From Welwitschia mirabilis (Eukaryota): a DNA stretch of 48,877 nucleotides. The stretch lies in contig JBOZIK010000001.1 in NCBI GenBank assembly GCA_051453625.1, forward strand, positions 28,035,670-28,084,546. The letters are read 5' to 3'. Within the stretch, counting starts at the first letter, position 1. The number at the start of each line of letters is the position of its first letter. The notes beneath the pieces were generated by a model. That model was not told where the DNA came from. It did no database searches and saw only the letters and a program-made list of their open reading frames with translations. This document shows, piece by piece, positions 22,867-36,094 of this stretch. Both the position numbers and the translations under genes were made by a program.

Positions 22867-25800
22867 GGATTGAGATTTATGAATGAGTTGACGATGTAAA
22901 GCATGAGTACATTTTTCATCTAAATGATCAAGTTGGACTAATCAAGCTTTAAAATTATCATGTAAGTTTACAAGGTTAAGTTAATGGGTGGATTGATAAG
23001 AATTATCGCAAACATCAACTAGTAAAACACAAATTGTTTGTACACAAGTTCATATGGTGAGAAACTTAGAGAGTTATGCTAAGTAATATGATAAGCCCAA
23101 AGAACTTCATTAAGTTTAAAACACCATGTTTTCTTATTAATAGAGACTAATTTTTATAGCATCTTCTTAATTATTTGATTTGCATTTTTGGTTTGGCCAT
23201 TACTTTGAGAATGATAGGAATATGGAGTTTGATGTTTAATGCCGATAGATAAAAGAAGTTTTTGAAAAAGGTGGTTAATGAAATAAGTTCCTTGATCATA
23301 ATGATAATTTGTAAAAAATCAAAACACTAAAAGATATGAGTTTGAACAAAGTTGCAAATGGTTCAGGTATCAATTTTTGTTATAGAAACAACCTCTACCC
23401 ACTTAGTAACATAATCAACAGTGATAAGGATATAATTTTTGTCATAAAAAGGTGGTATAATAGGGCCTATAAAATTAATTCCATAATAATCAAAAGGTTT
23501 ATACTCAAGTATAGGTTTAATGGGCATATTATGATAATGCGTTAGGCTAATATAACATTGACATGAATTACACCTTCTAGCAAAGTCATATGAATTCTTA
23601 AAAAGAGTATGTCAATAAAAACTAGAGTGAATAATTTTCATGACAGCCTTTTAACTAGTAAAGTATCCCTTACATAATCCATCATAGCAAATTTTTAATA
23701 TTTTTAATCTTTTCTAGTTAGGTACATACTTATGAATGATTTAATCTTTACAATGTCTATATAGATGGGGTTCATTCCACTCATAGTTACCGATCCTATG
23801 AAGAAAATTTTTACATTGGCTATAGTTCTAATGCTAGAGAATTTTCATAGTTAAAAGATAGTTCATAATATCAACATACTAAGGAACAGGATGAGTAGAT
23901 GAAATAGTGTAAAATTGTTTAACCACAAAGAATTATTCATTGGAGAAAGAATCATTAATGAAAACTTCATCATGAGAGCAAGAAAGTTGAGATAGATGAT
24001 TAGCAATACTTTTATGTTTTCCAACCTTATCAATGATGTTAAGACTAAATTCTTGCATGAAAAGGATTCACCTAGTAACTCTAGCATTATATTTTTTTTT
24101 TGTTTTAGTCATAAAATAGTGGATGGCAGCCTTATCTGTGTAAACATTGAGGTGAAAATCAAGAAGGTAATGTTAAAGATAATCCAGACAAGAAGTAATG
24201 GCAAGCATTTCTCTCTCAGTAGTAGTATAACTGGATTAGGTTGGAATAAAATTTTACTAAAATAAGATATTACTTTGAAATCATTTTTATACTATTGGCC
24301 AAGAACCCCTCTATAGCAATGTTGCTTCAATCACACATAAGTTCAAAATATTTACTCCAATTGGGACATGTGATAACAAGTATGAAAGATATGTTTTCTT
24401 TGAGAGTTACAAAAGAAAATTAACATGATTCATGCTAATCGAATTTAACATCTTTTTCAAGTAAGAAGTGAGAGGTTTACAAATTTTAACATAATCATGA
24501 ATAAAACATTAATAAAAATTATTATAACTAAGGAAAGATTTAACTTCTTTGACATTAGTTGGAGGTCTAAGGTTTTTAATGATATTAACTTTTTTGGAAT
24601 CCATTCTAATTCCTTCTTTTGAAATGTGATCTCCTAAGAAAATTCCATGATTAACAAGGAAGGATTTCTTTTTCTAACTCAAGTGTAAGCCATTCTCAAT
24701 ACATTGATCTAGGACTTTCTATAATCTCTTTATGATTTATTCAAAAGTACCACTAAATATGGAGAAGTCATCCATAAAGATTTTAATATAATCTTCTATT
24801 ATATTAGAAAATATTCGCATCATGGCTTATTAAAAGGTTCTAGGAGCATTGCAAAGTCCAAAGGGTATTTTCCTAAAAGAAAAGGTTCCAAAAGATAAGG
24901 TAAAAGTGGTTTTAGCCTAGTCTTCACTTGCAATACAAATTTGATTATAGTCACTATACCCATCAAGAAAATAATAGTAGGTATAACCTTAGATTCTATC
25001 AAGTTCTTAATTAAGAAAGGGTAAAGGGTAATGATCCTTTTTAGTGATCTCATTAATTTTTCAAAAATTTATGTACATTATCCATTTTCCGTCCTTCTTT
25101 GGAACTACTATTAAAGGACTAACCCAATCACTATCAGATATGGCATGTATGATTTTTGCATCCATAAGTTTAATGATTTCATCTTTAATAATTTTTTTAA
25201 GGGTTAAATTTATTCTTGTTTAGGACTACTTAATAGTCTTAGCATTATCTTCAAGGTAAATTTTATGTTGAACTATGGAAAGAGGAATGGTAGCTAAGTC
25301 TTTATGTATTTAAGCAAATGAATTTTCTTTCAAAGTTAAGAGGGAGATCAAAAAGAATTCTTATTGAAGAGTAAAAAGGTCATTGATTATCATAGATTTT
25401 ATTTTATTTTCAAATATAATAACATATTTTAATCCTTAGGGTAATTTCTTATGTTCAAGGCTATGATTTTGAGCTATTATTCCATCTGTCGTGGGGACAA
25501 TAGATGTGGGATGCCACTTTGCAAGAATTTATTTTACCAAATACAAATATTGAGTTTATTCCTAGTTAGTATGTTCTTCATCCTTAGACTCAAGATAATG
25601 TGTTTTAGTGGGGTTATTATATAAAAATTGTTCATGTAGCATGATTAATCTCTCCTCAATTGGTTAATGTTGTAAAAACATAGTTAGTTTTAGTTCTTCT
25701 TCAAGGTTAAACTTAGTTTCTATGTTCTTTTTAATAGCATCAAAATCTATAATGGTAATTTGTCTATTGCCAAAATAATATCTCATCATACTAGATCATG

Positions 25801-26696
25801 TGTTAATGATACAATAGGAAATTGCATAAAAGTCTCTTTCTAAAAGGAGTGGATAATCTCCATCATGTTTTGTCTCAATGATAACAACATCTATGGGGTA
25901 AAAATCTTCCTTAATTTGAATAAATAAGTTCTTCATAATTCTTAATGGTTTTTTTATTATGTTATTAGCCAATTTCAAGATGGTTTGTATATGTTCTATT
26001 CTATTTTTCAATCTAAATCTCTCAGATCTATGGAGAGGTATGATGTTTACACTTGCTTATATGTCAATTAAAGCTTTTCGAATTCTTTTGTTTCCTTCTA
26101 AGGTAATACTCATAGTTACAGCTCTAGAGTCTTTGAATTTAGGGCACTTTTACATGACTCAGTTAGAAATATATTGAGCAACTTTACTAGGAATGTTATG
26201 TTTTTGCTTTTTTTTTTTTTTTTTACTAAGTCCTTCCATAACTTAGAATATTTAAGATTTCCTTGCAAGAATTTCCAAAAATCCAAGTTGATGTTTACCT
26301 CTTGCATCAAAGTTTTCAAATGGTCATCAAAGGTAAGATTTATATTTAATTAAACAAGTTAAGAAGTAGATGATTTCTTCACTTTGTTTTCTTATGAGGC
26401 TTTAGTAAGAGATGTTAGTGAAAGATTTATGAATCCAATATTTCTACATCATCCTATTCATTTATTTCATTATTTTTAGAAGTTAAAACCCAATAGTTTA
26501 GAGGTATTGTATCATTTCCACTTCAAGTTACTATTTTTAAGTCTTTATTAACTTTATTTGGATTAGATAAAGGTTGAGACGTAAGAGACTCTTATGGTAT
26601 TTGATTGGAAAGCATTATTTGGTGGAGCACATTTACTGAGTTCCCAATGTTTTTATTAGTTTTCTCTTACACTTTTCTCATCTCTTCTATGGATTC
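22867..26696 (-). pseudogene. pol remnant of C (PR-RT-RH-INT order)
   Basis: RT AISDSDWVSPLIVVPKKDGKW...KKDHYPLPFL...YYFLDGYSDYNQI (~24940-25145) and IFMDDFSIF (~24755-24780); RNase H ELMCD (~24330-24345); protease ~26035-26075. Confidence 0.88.
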
Positions 26697-26796
26697 NNNN
26701 NNNNNNNNNNNNNNNNNNNNNNNNNNNNNNNNNNNNNNNNNNNNNNNNNNNNNNNNNNNNNNNNNNNNNNNNNNNNNNNNNNNNNNNNNNNNNNNN

Positions 26797-28750
26797 TACA
26801 ATGGGCAGCTGTATAAAAAGATCTTTCTAGAAGTAGTGAATATTCTCCATCATGTTATATCTCAATTATGACAACATCAATGGGATAAAAGGCTTTCTCA
26901 ATTTGGATAACTAGATCTTTAATAATTCCTAGAGGTCTTTTGATTAAAATATCAGCTAATCCCAAGATGATAGGTGTAGGTTTAAATCTACTTTCTAATC
27001 TAAGTCTTTTATATATATGAAGAGGCATGATGTTTACACTTAGACCTCTGTCAATTAAAGCCTTTCTAATTCTTTTATTTCTTTCTAAGATAACATTCAT
27101 AGTTATAGCTCCAAGATCTTTAAATTTAGGAATTTTTTATATAACTAAGTTGGAAAGAGATTGGACAAGAAAAACTTTACTAGGAATGATATGTTTTTCT
27201 TTCTTCTTACTAAATTTTTTCATAACCTAGAATATTTAGGGTTTTCTTATAAGACTTTCCAAAAGAATAGGTTGATGTTGACTTTTTCATCAAGGATTTT
27301 AGATGTTCATCAAATGTAATATTTGTATTCAATCTATTAAGCCATGGAGTGGATGGTTTCTTCCTTTTGTTTTATTTTAAATTATTTTTAATGGAGGCTT
27401 TAACAGGTGATGTAGATGGAAGGTTATAAGAGTCTAAGATTTCCTCATCATCTTCCTCATTTGATTCATTTTGATAAGAATTTGAAACCTCATGGATAGA
27501 AGGTATTGTCTTCTTTTCACTTCTTGTCATAAATTTTAAATCTCTTCTAACTTCATTTGGATTAGACATTGGTTAAGAAGTAAGAAACCCTTATCATCTT
27601 TGGTTGGAAAGAATTATTTATTGAAGAACACTTACTAGGTTCTTAATGTTGCTATTGGTTTTTTCTTACAATTTTTTCATTTTCTTAATGAATGCCCTAA
27701 GGAATCATTTAGATTTTATTCAAAATTCAATTGAAAGGTGGAATTTTTAAATATATTTTCAAATGGTTTCCATTAAGGTTGTCCATTTGATCTTTGTTGA
27801 AATTGTGATTAGTTCTTAAAGTCAGGTGTTATTTGGTTGAAGGCACACAAGTCTTCAAACATCTTTTCTTTGAAAGTTGGTAACAAGGAATATTCTTTTT
27901 TTGGATGGCATTCATATTCATAAATTTCACAATTAGAAGTTGAGGTTTCATTCTTAACTACTTTTACATCAACTATCATTTAAGTGTACTTCTCCAAAGT
28001 AGTAGTAAAATATTTCATCAAGTTGATTGAATTCTTCCTTTCTTATTCCTTATCATGCCTCAATTCTTTTAAATCTTTTATAATTTGTCCTATAGTATGT
28101 TTTTCCTTATTGGGCTTAGGCTAAGTTTAACTTATTTCTATTAAATTATCTAGCACACTCCATGCATCATCTAAGCTTGAGTTCAACAAGTTGCCTCTAT
28201 AAGTAAAGTCTATAAGTTATTTGGTTGAGGTATTTAATCCACTATAAAAATAATCTACTAGCTTTTCTTTATGAAATTCATCAATAGGATTGGAATGGCT
28301 AGCTATTATAAAAGATTCATAGGCTGTTGCATAATTCTCATAAGGTTGGTGTTAAAAGTTGGTTACTTTTTTTCTTCTTTTTCTCATGCAACCTTCACTC
28401 AAAAATCATTTAATAAATACTTCTTAAAATTGACTTTAATATTTAAGAATTTTATGTGAAATGGTTTTAAGCCAAATTTTTGCACTTCCTCTGAGTGTGA
28501 CTAGAAAAATAATCATATCAGTATAGTAACTATATGTTTCTTCCCATTTCCTAAGATAAGTACAACTTATTCAATCCCAGCCAAATGTTGGAAAGGATTT
28601 TCCTTAGGATTCATTAAAAAAGTTAGATATGCACTTAAATATCTTAATTCTGCATCATCTTCAGGAGGTAAATCAAAGAGATTTTAAATTTCACATTTTC
28701 TATTGGCAGTTAAATCTCTAAGGGGAATGTTTGCATTTGAGGAAATGTTC
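26797..28750 (-). pseudogene. gag-protease remnant within C (second, diverged protease copy)
   Basis: ORF 26855-27100 reads KALIDRGLSVNIMPL...DLVIQIEKAFYPIDVVII. Gag-like sequence at ~28100-28700. Confidence 0.8.
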
Positions 28751-29595
28751 TTATTACGATTGGGGTATTAGATGAAGCAACATGCTTTTGTTTTTGTAAA
28801 GATTTTGATACATTTAATATATTTGAAGAAGAAATGAAATGATCTACTTCTATACTATAATTTTCTTTTGTAAAATCTAATTCTGAAACAATAAACATAG
28901 AAAAATCTTCTTCTTTAATTCTAGAAATTTGTGTACCTAGGGTGTGCATACCTGGATTTATCTTGAAATTAAATGATCCTTTTTTGATGTTTTCTAATAT
29001 TTTATCTTCCTAATAAAATTCACAATGTCCTTGCATGCTCAACTAAGAAATAGAAAACCAAAATAAAAAACAACAACTAGTCATCCACTTGGTTGTGAGA
29101 ATAATAAGAAGAATGATAATCATAGTAACAAAAATTCAAGAGTCAAAAAAATTATTGAAAGTAAAGTATCTATACTATCATTTAGGCTATCATGGAAATG
29201 ATAAATAAGATGACAGTAACTTTATTCAAATTGTAAAAAATAAAAATTGCAAACTTTAAAAAAGAAGCAGACTATCAAACAGGCTGTCATGAGGACAATA
29301 GATAAGATCATAGTAATTGTATAATTAAACTATGAATAGAAGAAATATTGTAAAAGCAGAAATAAATTTTAAAATTTCAGAACTATCATGCCCAATGTTA
29401 TCTGGATAACAGAGAGAATGATAGAATCCCTAAAAATTATGAAACTTAAAGTTTATAGATATTAATATACTTTAAGATAAACTAGAAATATAGTAATAAT
29501 TCAAATAAATAAACTAAATAAAATATTTAAGGTACTTCTCTAGTTAGTGACAATTCTCCAATTCCTTATGGCCTTTTCTAGAAACAACATTAAAA

Positions 29596-31312
29596 TTTTT
29601 TGATGTGAATTTATATGATCTTAAAGTCCTTTAGATAAACTTGTAAATCAAATAACTTACAAAAAAACACACACTCATATAAATAGGATTTTACTTGAAT
29701 GTCATAATCGTAATAAAGGGATTAGACTCAAAGTTAGAAAATTGATTTTCAAAGGTATTTTTAGTCTGTTATCTATTAGTAAGTGAAAGAAAGTAGAGTA
29801 AATGTAATGCAGTGTAATAGATATGAAATGGAAATGGAAATGGAATGAATTCTATTTGGTTCCTAATTCTTTTGTCACAAGAACTAGTTCTTTATAATTT
29901 AGATCAATTAAGACGAGTGCTTAAATTATTCCAAATAAACATAAACTATGAGATATACCAAGTAGAACAAGGAATGTAATATGAAATGGAAATTAAATAA
30001 TAATGCAATCTAATACTAAATAAATTTAACCTTAATAAAGGTTGTGATCATGACACAAATAAATCATTGAACTATTACTTAACTATAACCAACTTAAACC
30101 ATAAAAGACATAAACATAATTAGAATGAAAATAGTAATTATATTGATTTTAAAGGACTTTACATTTACATACAATAAAAAAGTAGCATCTTAATGGAAGA
30201 GACTCAATTTAACACTAAGGGAACTCCTTTTTTTAGCTTCTGGATGGATCTCTTATCCTTCAATCTTCTATCACAAGCATATCAGGTACAAAAGATGGAA
30301 ACAGAAATGAAGGAGGGNNNNNNNNNNNNNNNNNNNNNNNNNNNNNNNNNNNNNNNNNNNNNNNNNNNNNNNNNNNNNNNNNNNNNNNNNNNNNNNNNNN
30401 NNNNNNNNNNNNNNNNNNNNNNNNNNNNNNNNNNNNNNNNNNNNNNNNNNNNNNNNNNNNNNNNNNNNNNNNNNNNNNNNNNNNNNNNNNNNNNNNNNNN
30501 NNNNNNNNNNNNNNNNNNNNNNNNNNNNNNNNNNNNNNNNNNNNNNNNNNNNNNNNNNNNNNNNNNNNNNNNNNNNNNNNNNNNNNNNNNNNNNNNNNNN
30601 NNNNNNNNNNNNNNNNNNNNNNNNNNNNNNNNNNNNNNNNNNNNNNNNNNNNNNNNNNNNNNNNNNNNNNNNNNNNNNNNNNNNNNNNNNNNNNNNNNNN
30701 NNNNNNNNNNNNNNNNNNNNNNNNNNNNNNNNNNNNNNNNNNNNNNNNNNNNNNNNCAGGTACAAAAGATGGAAACAGAAATGAAGGAGGGAAAGGGTAT
30801 TTATAGTTTTACATTGAGGTTCTAGAAACTCAATAGTAAAAGTTGGAAAAGAAGACATAACATCCCAAATGGGTCACTTGGCCTCATTACAAAGATAATT
30901 CTTTCCAATAATAGAAAAGTATTTATCATCCTGACTATCATGGGGATAACAGAGGCAATATTACCTTACATTAAAAGGTACTTCATGAGCTTCATGCTCC
31001 ACTGCGACCCTGCATCTTTTGTTCATGTTAGTAATGCTATCATCTTTCCTGTCATGGGGACAAATGAGAGGATGATTGGCTTAATTAGCTTTAATCTCAA
31101 AGGTAAGTCAGTCTTTTGCATGATTAATCCTTCTTCTAAGTATGAAGTATCAGAATCAACTAAGAAACCTCCTAATATTCTAAGAATGGCATGTTTCATT
31201 GATCATCCTATTAGATCTCCACAATTATCAGTATTGCATCCAAACCTATCTAAATGTCCTACAAAATCACTCAAAAGACACCATTAAATTCCTAGAAATT
31301 AGCATCTCAACA
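29596..31312 (-). repeat. 5' LTR of C (contains an assembly gap at 30318-30756)
   Basis: Homologous end to end with 19249-20492 and preceded by a degenerate PBS. Confidence 0.85.
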
Positions 31313-31317
31313 TGGTC

Positions 31318-34300
31318 TTTGCATCTTCTATAAATATGGGATTTATTCTACTCATAGTTATTAATCCTTTAGAGAAACAATTTGCATTGGTTATGGTTTC
31401 AATGCTAAGGTGTTTTCATAGTAATAAAGTAGTATATGATATCATCATAATAAGTAGTAAAATGATTAGAAAAGATAACATAAAGTTGCTCAATTTCAAA
31501 GAGTTATTCATTTGGAAAAGAATCATTTATGGGAAGTTCATCATGAGAACAAGAAAGTTGAGATAGATGATTAATAACACTATTATGTTTTCCAACCTTA
31601 TCAATAATGATGAGATTGAATTTTTTCATGAAAATAAATCAACTAATAAGTCTAACACTAAAATCTTTCTTAGTCATAAGAGAGCAAATGGCTACATGAT
31701 CTATATAAACATTAATGTGGAAGCCAAGAAGATGATGTTAAAGATGATCAAGGAAAAAAATGATGGCAAGGAGTTCTCTCTTAGTAGTGGTATATTTAGA
31801 TTGGACTTAGAACAAAGTTTTAGTAAGATGGAATATAACTTTTAAATCATTTCCATATTTTTGGTCAAAAACCCCACCTATAGCAGTGTTAGTTACATCA
31901 CACCTAAGTTCAAAATTCTTGTTCTAATCAAGATCCGTGATAATATGTTTAGAATAAATGTTTTTCTTAAGTGTATCAAATGTAAGTTTACATGACTTAT
32001 TCTAATTAAATCTAGCATCTTTTTCATGTAAGAATTAAAATAGTTTACGAATTTTAGCATAACTATGAATAAAATAATGATAGAAAATAACATGATCAAA
32101 AAATGATCTAACTTATTTGATATTAATTAGAGGGCTAAATTTTTTAATGATATGAACTTTATAGGATTCATTTCAATCCATTCCTTTAAAATATGATGTT
32201 CTAAAATAATTCCATGATTAATAAGAAGATAACTATTTTTCCAATTCAAATATAAGACAATTTCTATACATCAATACAAAACTTTCTCTAATCTTTCTAT
32301 GGTTTAGTTAAAATTTTCACCAAATATGGAGACATCATCCATAAAAATTTTAATAAAATACTCTATCATGTTAGAAACAATCCATATCATTACTTGTTAA
32401 AAAGTTATAGTGGCATTGCAAAGTCCAAAGAACATTCATGTAAAAGCAAAGGTTCCAAAGGATGAGGTAAAAGTCATTTTGGCTTAGTCTTCACTTGATA
32501 TGCAAATTTGGTGATAGCCATTATACCCATTAAGAAAATAATAGTAGCCATTACTTTGGATTCTATCAAGTGCTTGATCAAGAAAGGGTAAAGGGTAATG
32601 ATCCTTTTTAATGACCTCATTAAGTTTTCTAAAATCAATGCACATTCTCTATTTTCCCACTTCTTTGAAACTACTATCAAAGGGCTAATCCACTCACTAT
32701 TAGATATAGCAATAAGTTTAATGATTTCATCTTTAACTATTTACTTAAGGACTGGGTTGAGCCTTCTTTGAGGTTACCTAATAGGTTTAGCATTATCTTT
32801 AAGGTAAATATGATTTTAAAATATAAAAAGAGGAATGGCAGCTAAGTCTTTATGATTCCAAGCAAAGGCATCTTCTTTAGAAGTTAAAAGTGCAATCAAT
32901 TTTGACTCTTATTAACAAGTAATAACATCACTTATTATCAAGGATTTCTACAGATTGTCAAATAGAAAAATATATTTTAAACCTTGGAGTAGTTTCTTTA
33001 GTTCTAGTTTGAGATTTTTAGTTGTCATCCCATCTATCGTAGAAATGACACACATAGGATGACACTATAGAAAAAGCTTTTCTATAGAGTTAATATGTTG
33101 AATTTCTTCATAGTTGATGTAATTCTCATCCTCAAAATTAAGATAGTATATTTTAGTAGGTCATAATATAAACCTAGTTCATGTAGCATGATTAATATCT
33201 TCTTAGCTAGTCAATGTTCTAAAAAAAACTTGGTTTCAATTCCTCTTCTAAGTTAAGATTACTTCCTATGTCCTTTTTAGTAGCATTAAAAACTCAAATG
33301 GTAAATGTTTTATTACCTGTGTAACACTTCATCATCCTAGTTCGTGTGCTAATAACACAGTGTACAGTTACAAAAAAGATAAGTATATAACCTCCATCAT
33401 CTTCCACCTCAATGATAACCACATATATGGGGTAAAAGTCTTCCTTAATTTGGATGACTAAGTACTTGATAATCAATAATGGTTTCTTAATTAAAGTATC
33501 ATCTAATTCTAAGATAATTTATGTAGGTTATATTCTATTTTCCAACTCAAGTCTCTTACATATATGTAAAGGCATGATGTTTACACTAGCTCTTATGTCA
33601 ATTAAAGATTTTTGAATCCTTTTTTTCCCTTACAAGGTGACACTCACAGTTGTGGCTCTAGGATCTTTAAATTTAGGGCACTTTTTCATGACTAAGTTGG
33701 AAATAGATTGAGTAAGAAAAACTTTTCTAGGAATGGTATATTTTTATTTTCTTCTCACTAGGTCCTTCCATAACTTAGAATATTTATGGTGTTTTTGCAC
33801 GATTTTACAAAAAGATAAGTTGATGTTCACCTCTTGCATTAGGGTTTTCAAGTATTCATCAAAGGTAGGATTTGTATTTAACTAATTAAGCCAAGAAGTA
33901 GATGACTTCTTTGCATTATTTTCTTGTGAAGAATTATTAGTGGAGGTTTTAGTATGTGGTATTGATGGAAAGTTATATGAGTCCAAAATTTCTACATCAT
34001 CTTTTTCATTCACTCCAAAATTTCTACATCATCTTTTTCATTCACGTAATTCTCTTTAGAAGTTGAAATCTCATGGATAGGAGGTGTTGTATCATTTCCA
34101 CTTCTTGTTACTACTTTCAAATCTTTCTTAACTTCATTTGGATTGGGTAAAGGTTGAAATGCAAAATACCCTTATGATCATTAATTAGCAAGCATTGTTT
34201 ATTGGATCACATTCACTAAGTTTTCAATGTTACTATTAGTTTTTTCTTGCATCTTCCTCATTTCTTTTATAGATTCTCTAAGTGGATGATTCTGATTGTG

Positions 34301-35330
34301 TTGAAAATTATCTTGAAAGTTGGAATTTCTGAATCTATTTTCAAAAGGTTTTCATTATGATTTTCTAGCTATTCTTTTTTGAAATTATAATTAGATTTTA
34401 AAGTTAGGTATTCTTTAGTTAAAAGCATAAATATCCTCAAACATCCTCTTCTTGTAAGTTGGTAACAAAGGACACTCTTTAGTTGAATCAGAGTTGTCTT
34501 CATAAATTTGACAAGTCAAAGTTAAGTTTTAATCCTTTAATACTTTTGCATCAACTATCATTTGTGTCTTCTCTAACGTGGTACTGAAATATTTAATCAA
34601 GTTTGTTGAGTTACCTCTCTCTTCTTCCTTGTCATGTTTAATCTACTTTAAGTCTTTTATGTTTGAGTTATGGTTTGATTTTATTTAGTAGGTTTAGGCC
34701 AAATTTGAATTGTTTCTACTCTATTTTCCAACATACTCCATTCTTATTTCAAGACTAAGTTTAATAAGTTACCTCCATAAGAAAAATCTACAAGTTGTTT
34801 AGTTTGATAATTCAATTTACTATAGAAATAATTGACTAATACTTTCTTATGGAATTCATCAATAGGGTTGGAATGGCTATCTATAATAAAATGTTTATAA
34901 GATGTAACATAATCCTTGTGAGGCTGTTGTTAAAAATTTATTGCTTCTTTTCTTCTTTTTCTTATGGAATTTTCCCATAAAAACATTTTGATAAATACTT
35001 TTTGCACTTAACTTGAATATTTAAGACTCTTATGTGGAATAGTTTTAAGCTAAATTTTTACCCTTTCTCTAAGTGTAACTAGAAAAATAATTATGTAGGT
35101 ATGATCACTAATATGTTTCTTCCCATTCCTTGAGATAAGCACAAGTTGTTCAATATCAGCTAAATGTTGGAAAGGGTCCTCCTCAGGTTCCCCTAAAAAA
35201 GTTGGATATGCACTCAAATTTTGTAACTCTACATCATCATCAGGGGGTAAATCAAATGGATATTGGATTTAACATTTTTAATTAGTGATTAAATCTCTAA
35301 GAGTAAGATTTGCATTTGTAGTAAAAGTTC
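31318..35330 (-). pseudogene. gag-pol remnant of B
   Basis: Gag YPTFLGEPEEDPFQHL (~35162-35210), protease LIDIRASVNIMP (~33570-33606), RT ~32300-32780 and RNase H ~31620-31910. Confidence 0.85.
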
Positions 35331-36094
35331 CTATTATAATTAGAGTACTAGATGAAGCAACTTACTTTTGTTTTTGTGATAATTTTGACATATTAGAAGA
35401 AGAAATAACATGATCCTCTTCTATGCTATATTTTTCTTTTGTAAAATCAAATTCTAAAATAATAAAGGTAGAAAAATCTTCTTCTTGAATTCTTGAAATT
35501 TGTATACCTAGAGTGTACATATTTGGATTTTATTCGTAGTCGAATAATCCTTCTCTGTTGTTTTCTTCAATCAAGTTCTACTCTCTCTAATATTTTGTGT
35601 TTCTACCAGAATTCATCTTGTTTCTACATATTTAGAGAACAAATAAAAATGAAAACAAAAAATAATAGACTATCATCCTCTTAGTCATGGAAATGACAGA
35701 GAGGACAATGATCACAGAAATAGAAAATGAAACTTAGATAAAAGTTATGAAAAGTAAAAATTTAGACTATCATCCAAGCCATCATGGGGACAATAGATCA
35801 GATGATAGTATTTTTATTATAAATTAAAAAAATAGAAAGAAAATTTAAGAAAAAAGGAATTACACTTAAAAATTTAGAACTATCATTCTAAGTGTCATTG
35901 GAATGACAAAGAGGATAATAGAGATGCTAAAAACTATGAAAAAGAAATATTGCTAAAATAAACCTACTGAAGCTATGCTAAAAATACAATGATANNNNNN
36001 NNNNNNNNNNNNNNNNNNNNNNNNNNNNNNNNNNNNNNNNNNNNNNNNNNNNNNNNNNNNNNNNNNNNNNNNNNNNNNNNNNNNNNNNNNNNNN

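Larger units (their letters stand above)
19249..31312 (-). mobile_element. Athila-like LTR retrotransposon C, inserted in the integrase of B
   Basis: LTRs 19249-20492 (TGTTGTGATG...TATAACA) and 29596-31312 (...CTCAACA). TSD TGGTT (19244-19248) / TGGTC (31313-31317). The rejoined flanks match pol at positions ~25-70. PPT at 20493-20510. Confidence 0.88.

Noticed and set aside
30284-30790. Direct repeat flanking gap 30318-30756
   Set aside because: Identical ~34-bp overlap. The partner LTR is continuous here, so this is an assembly artefact.
31312-31845. Plus-strand ORFs (also 30-239, 23336-23545, 23996-24265, 30940-31287, 39988-40287)
   Set aside because: Antisense shadows of decayed pol or chance ORFs in LTRs, with no protein-like features.
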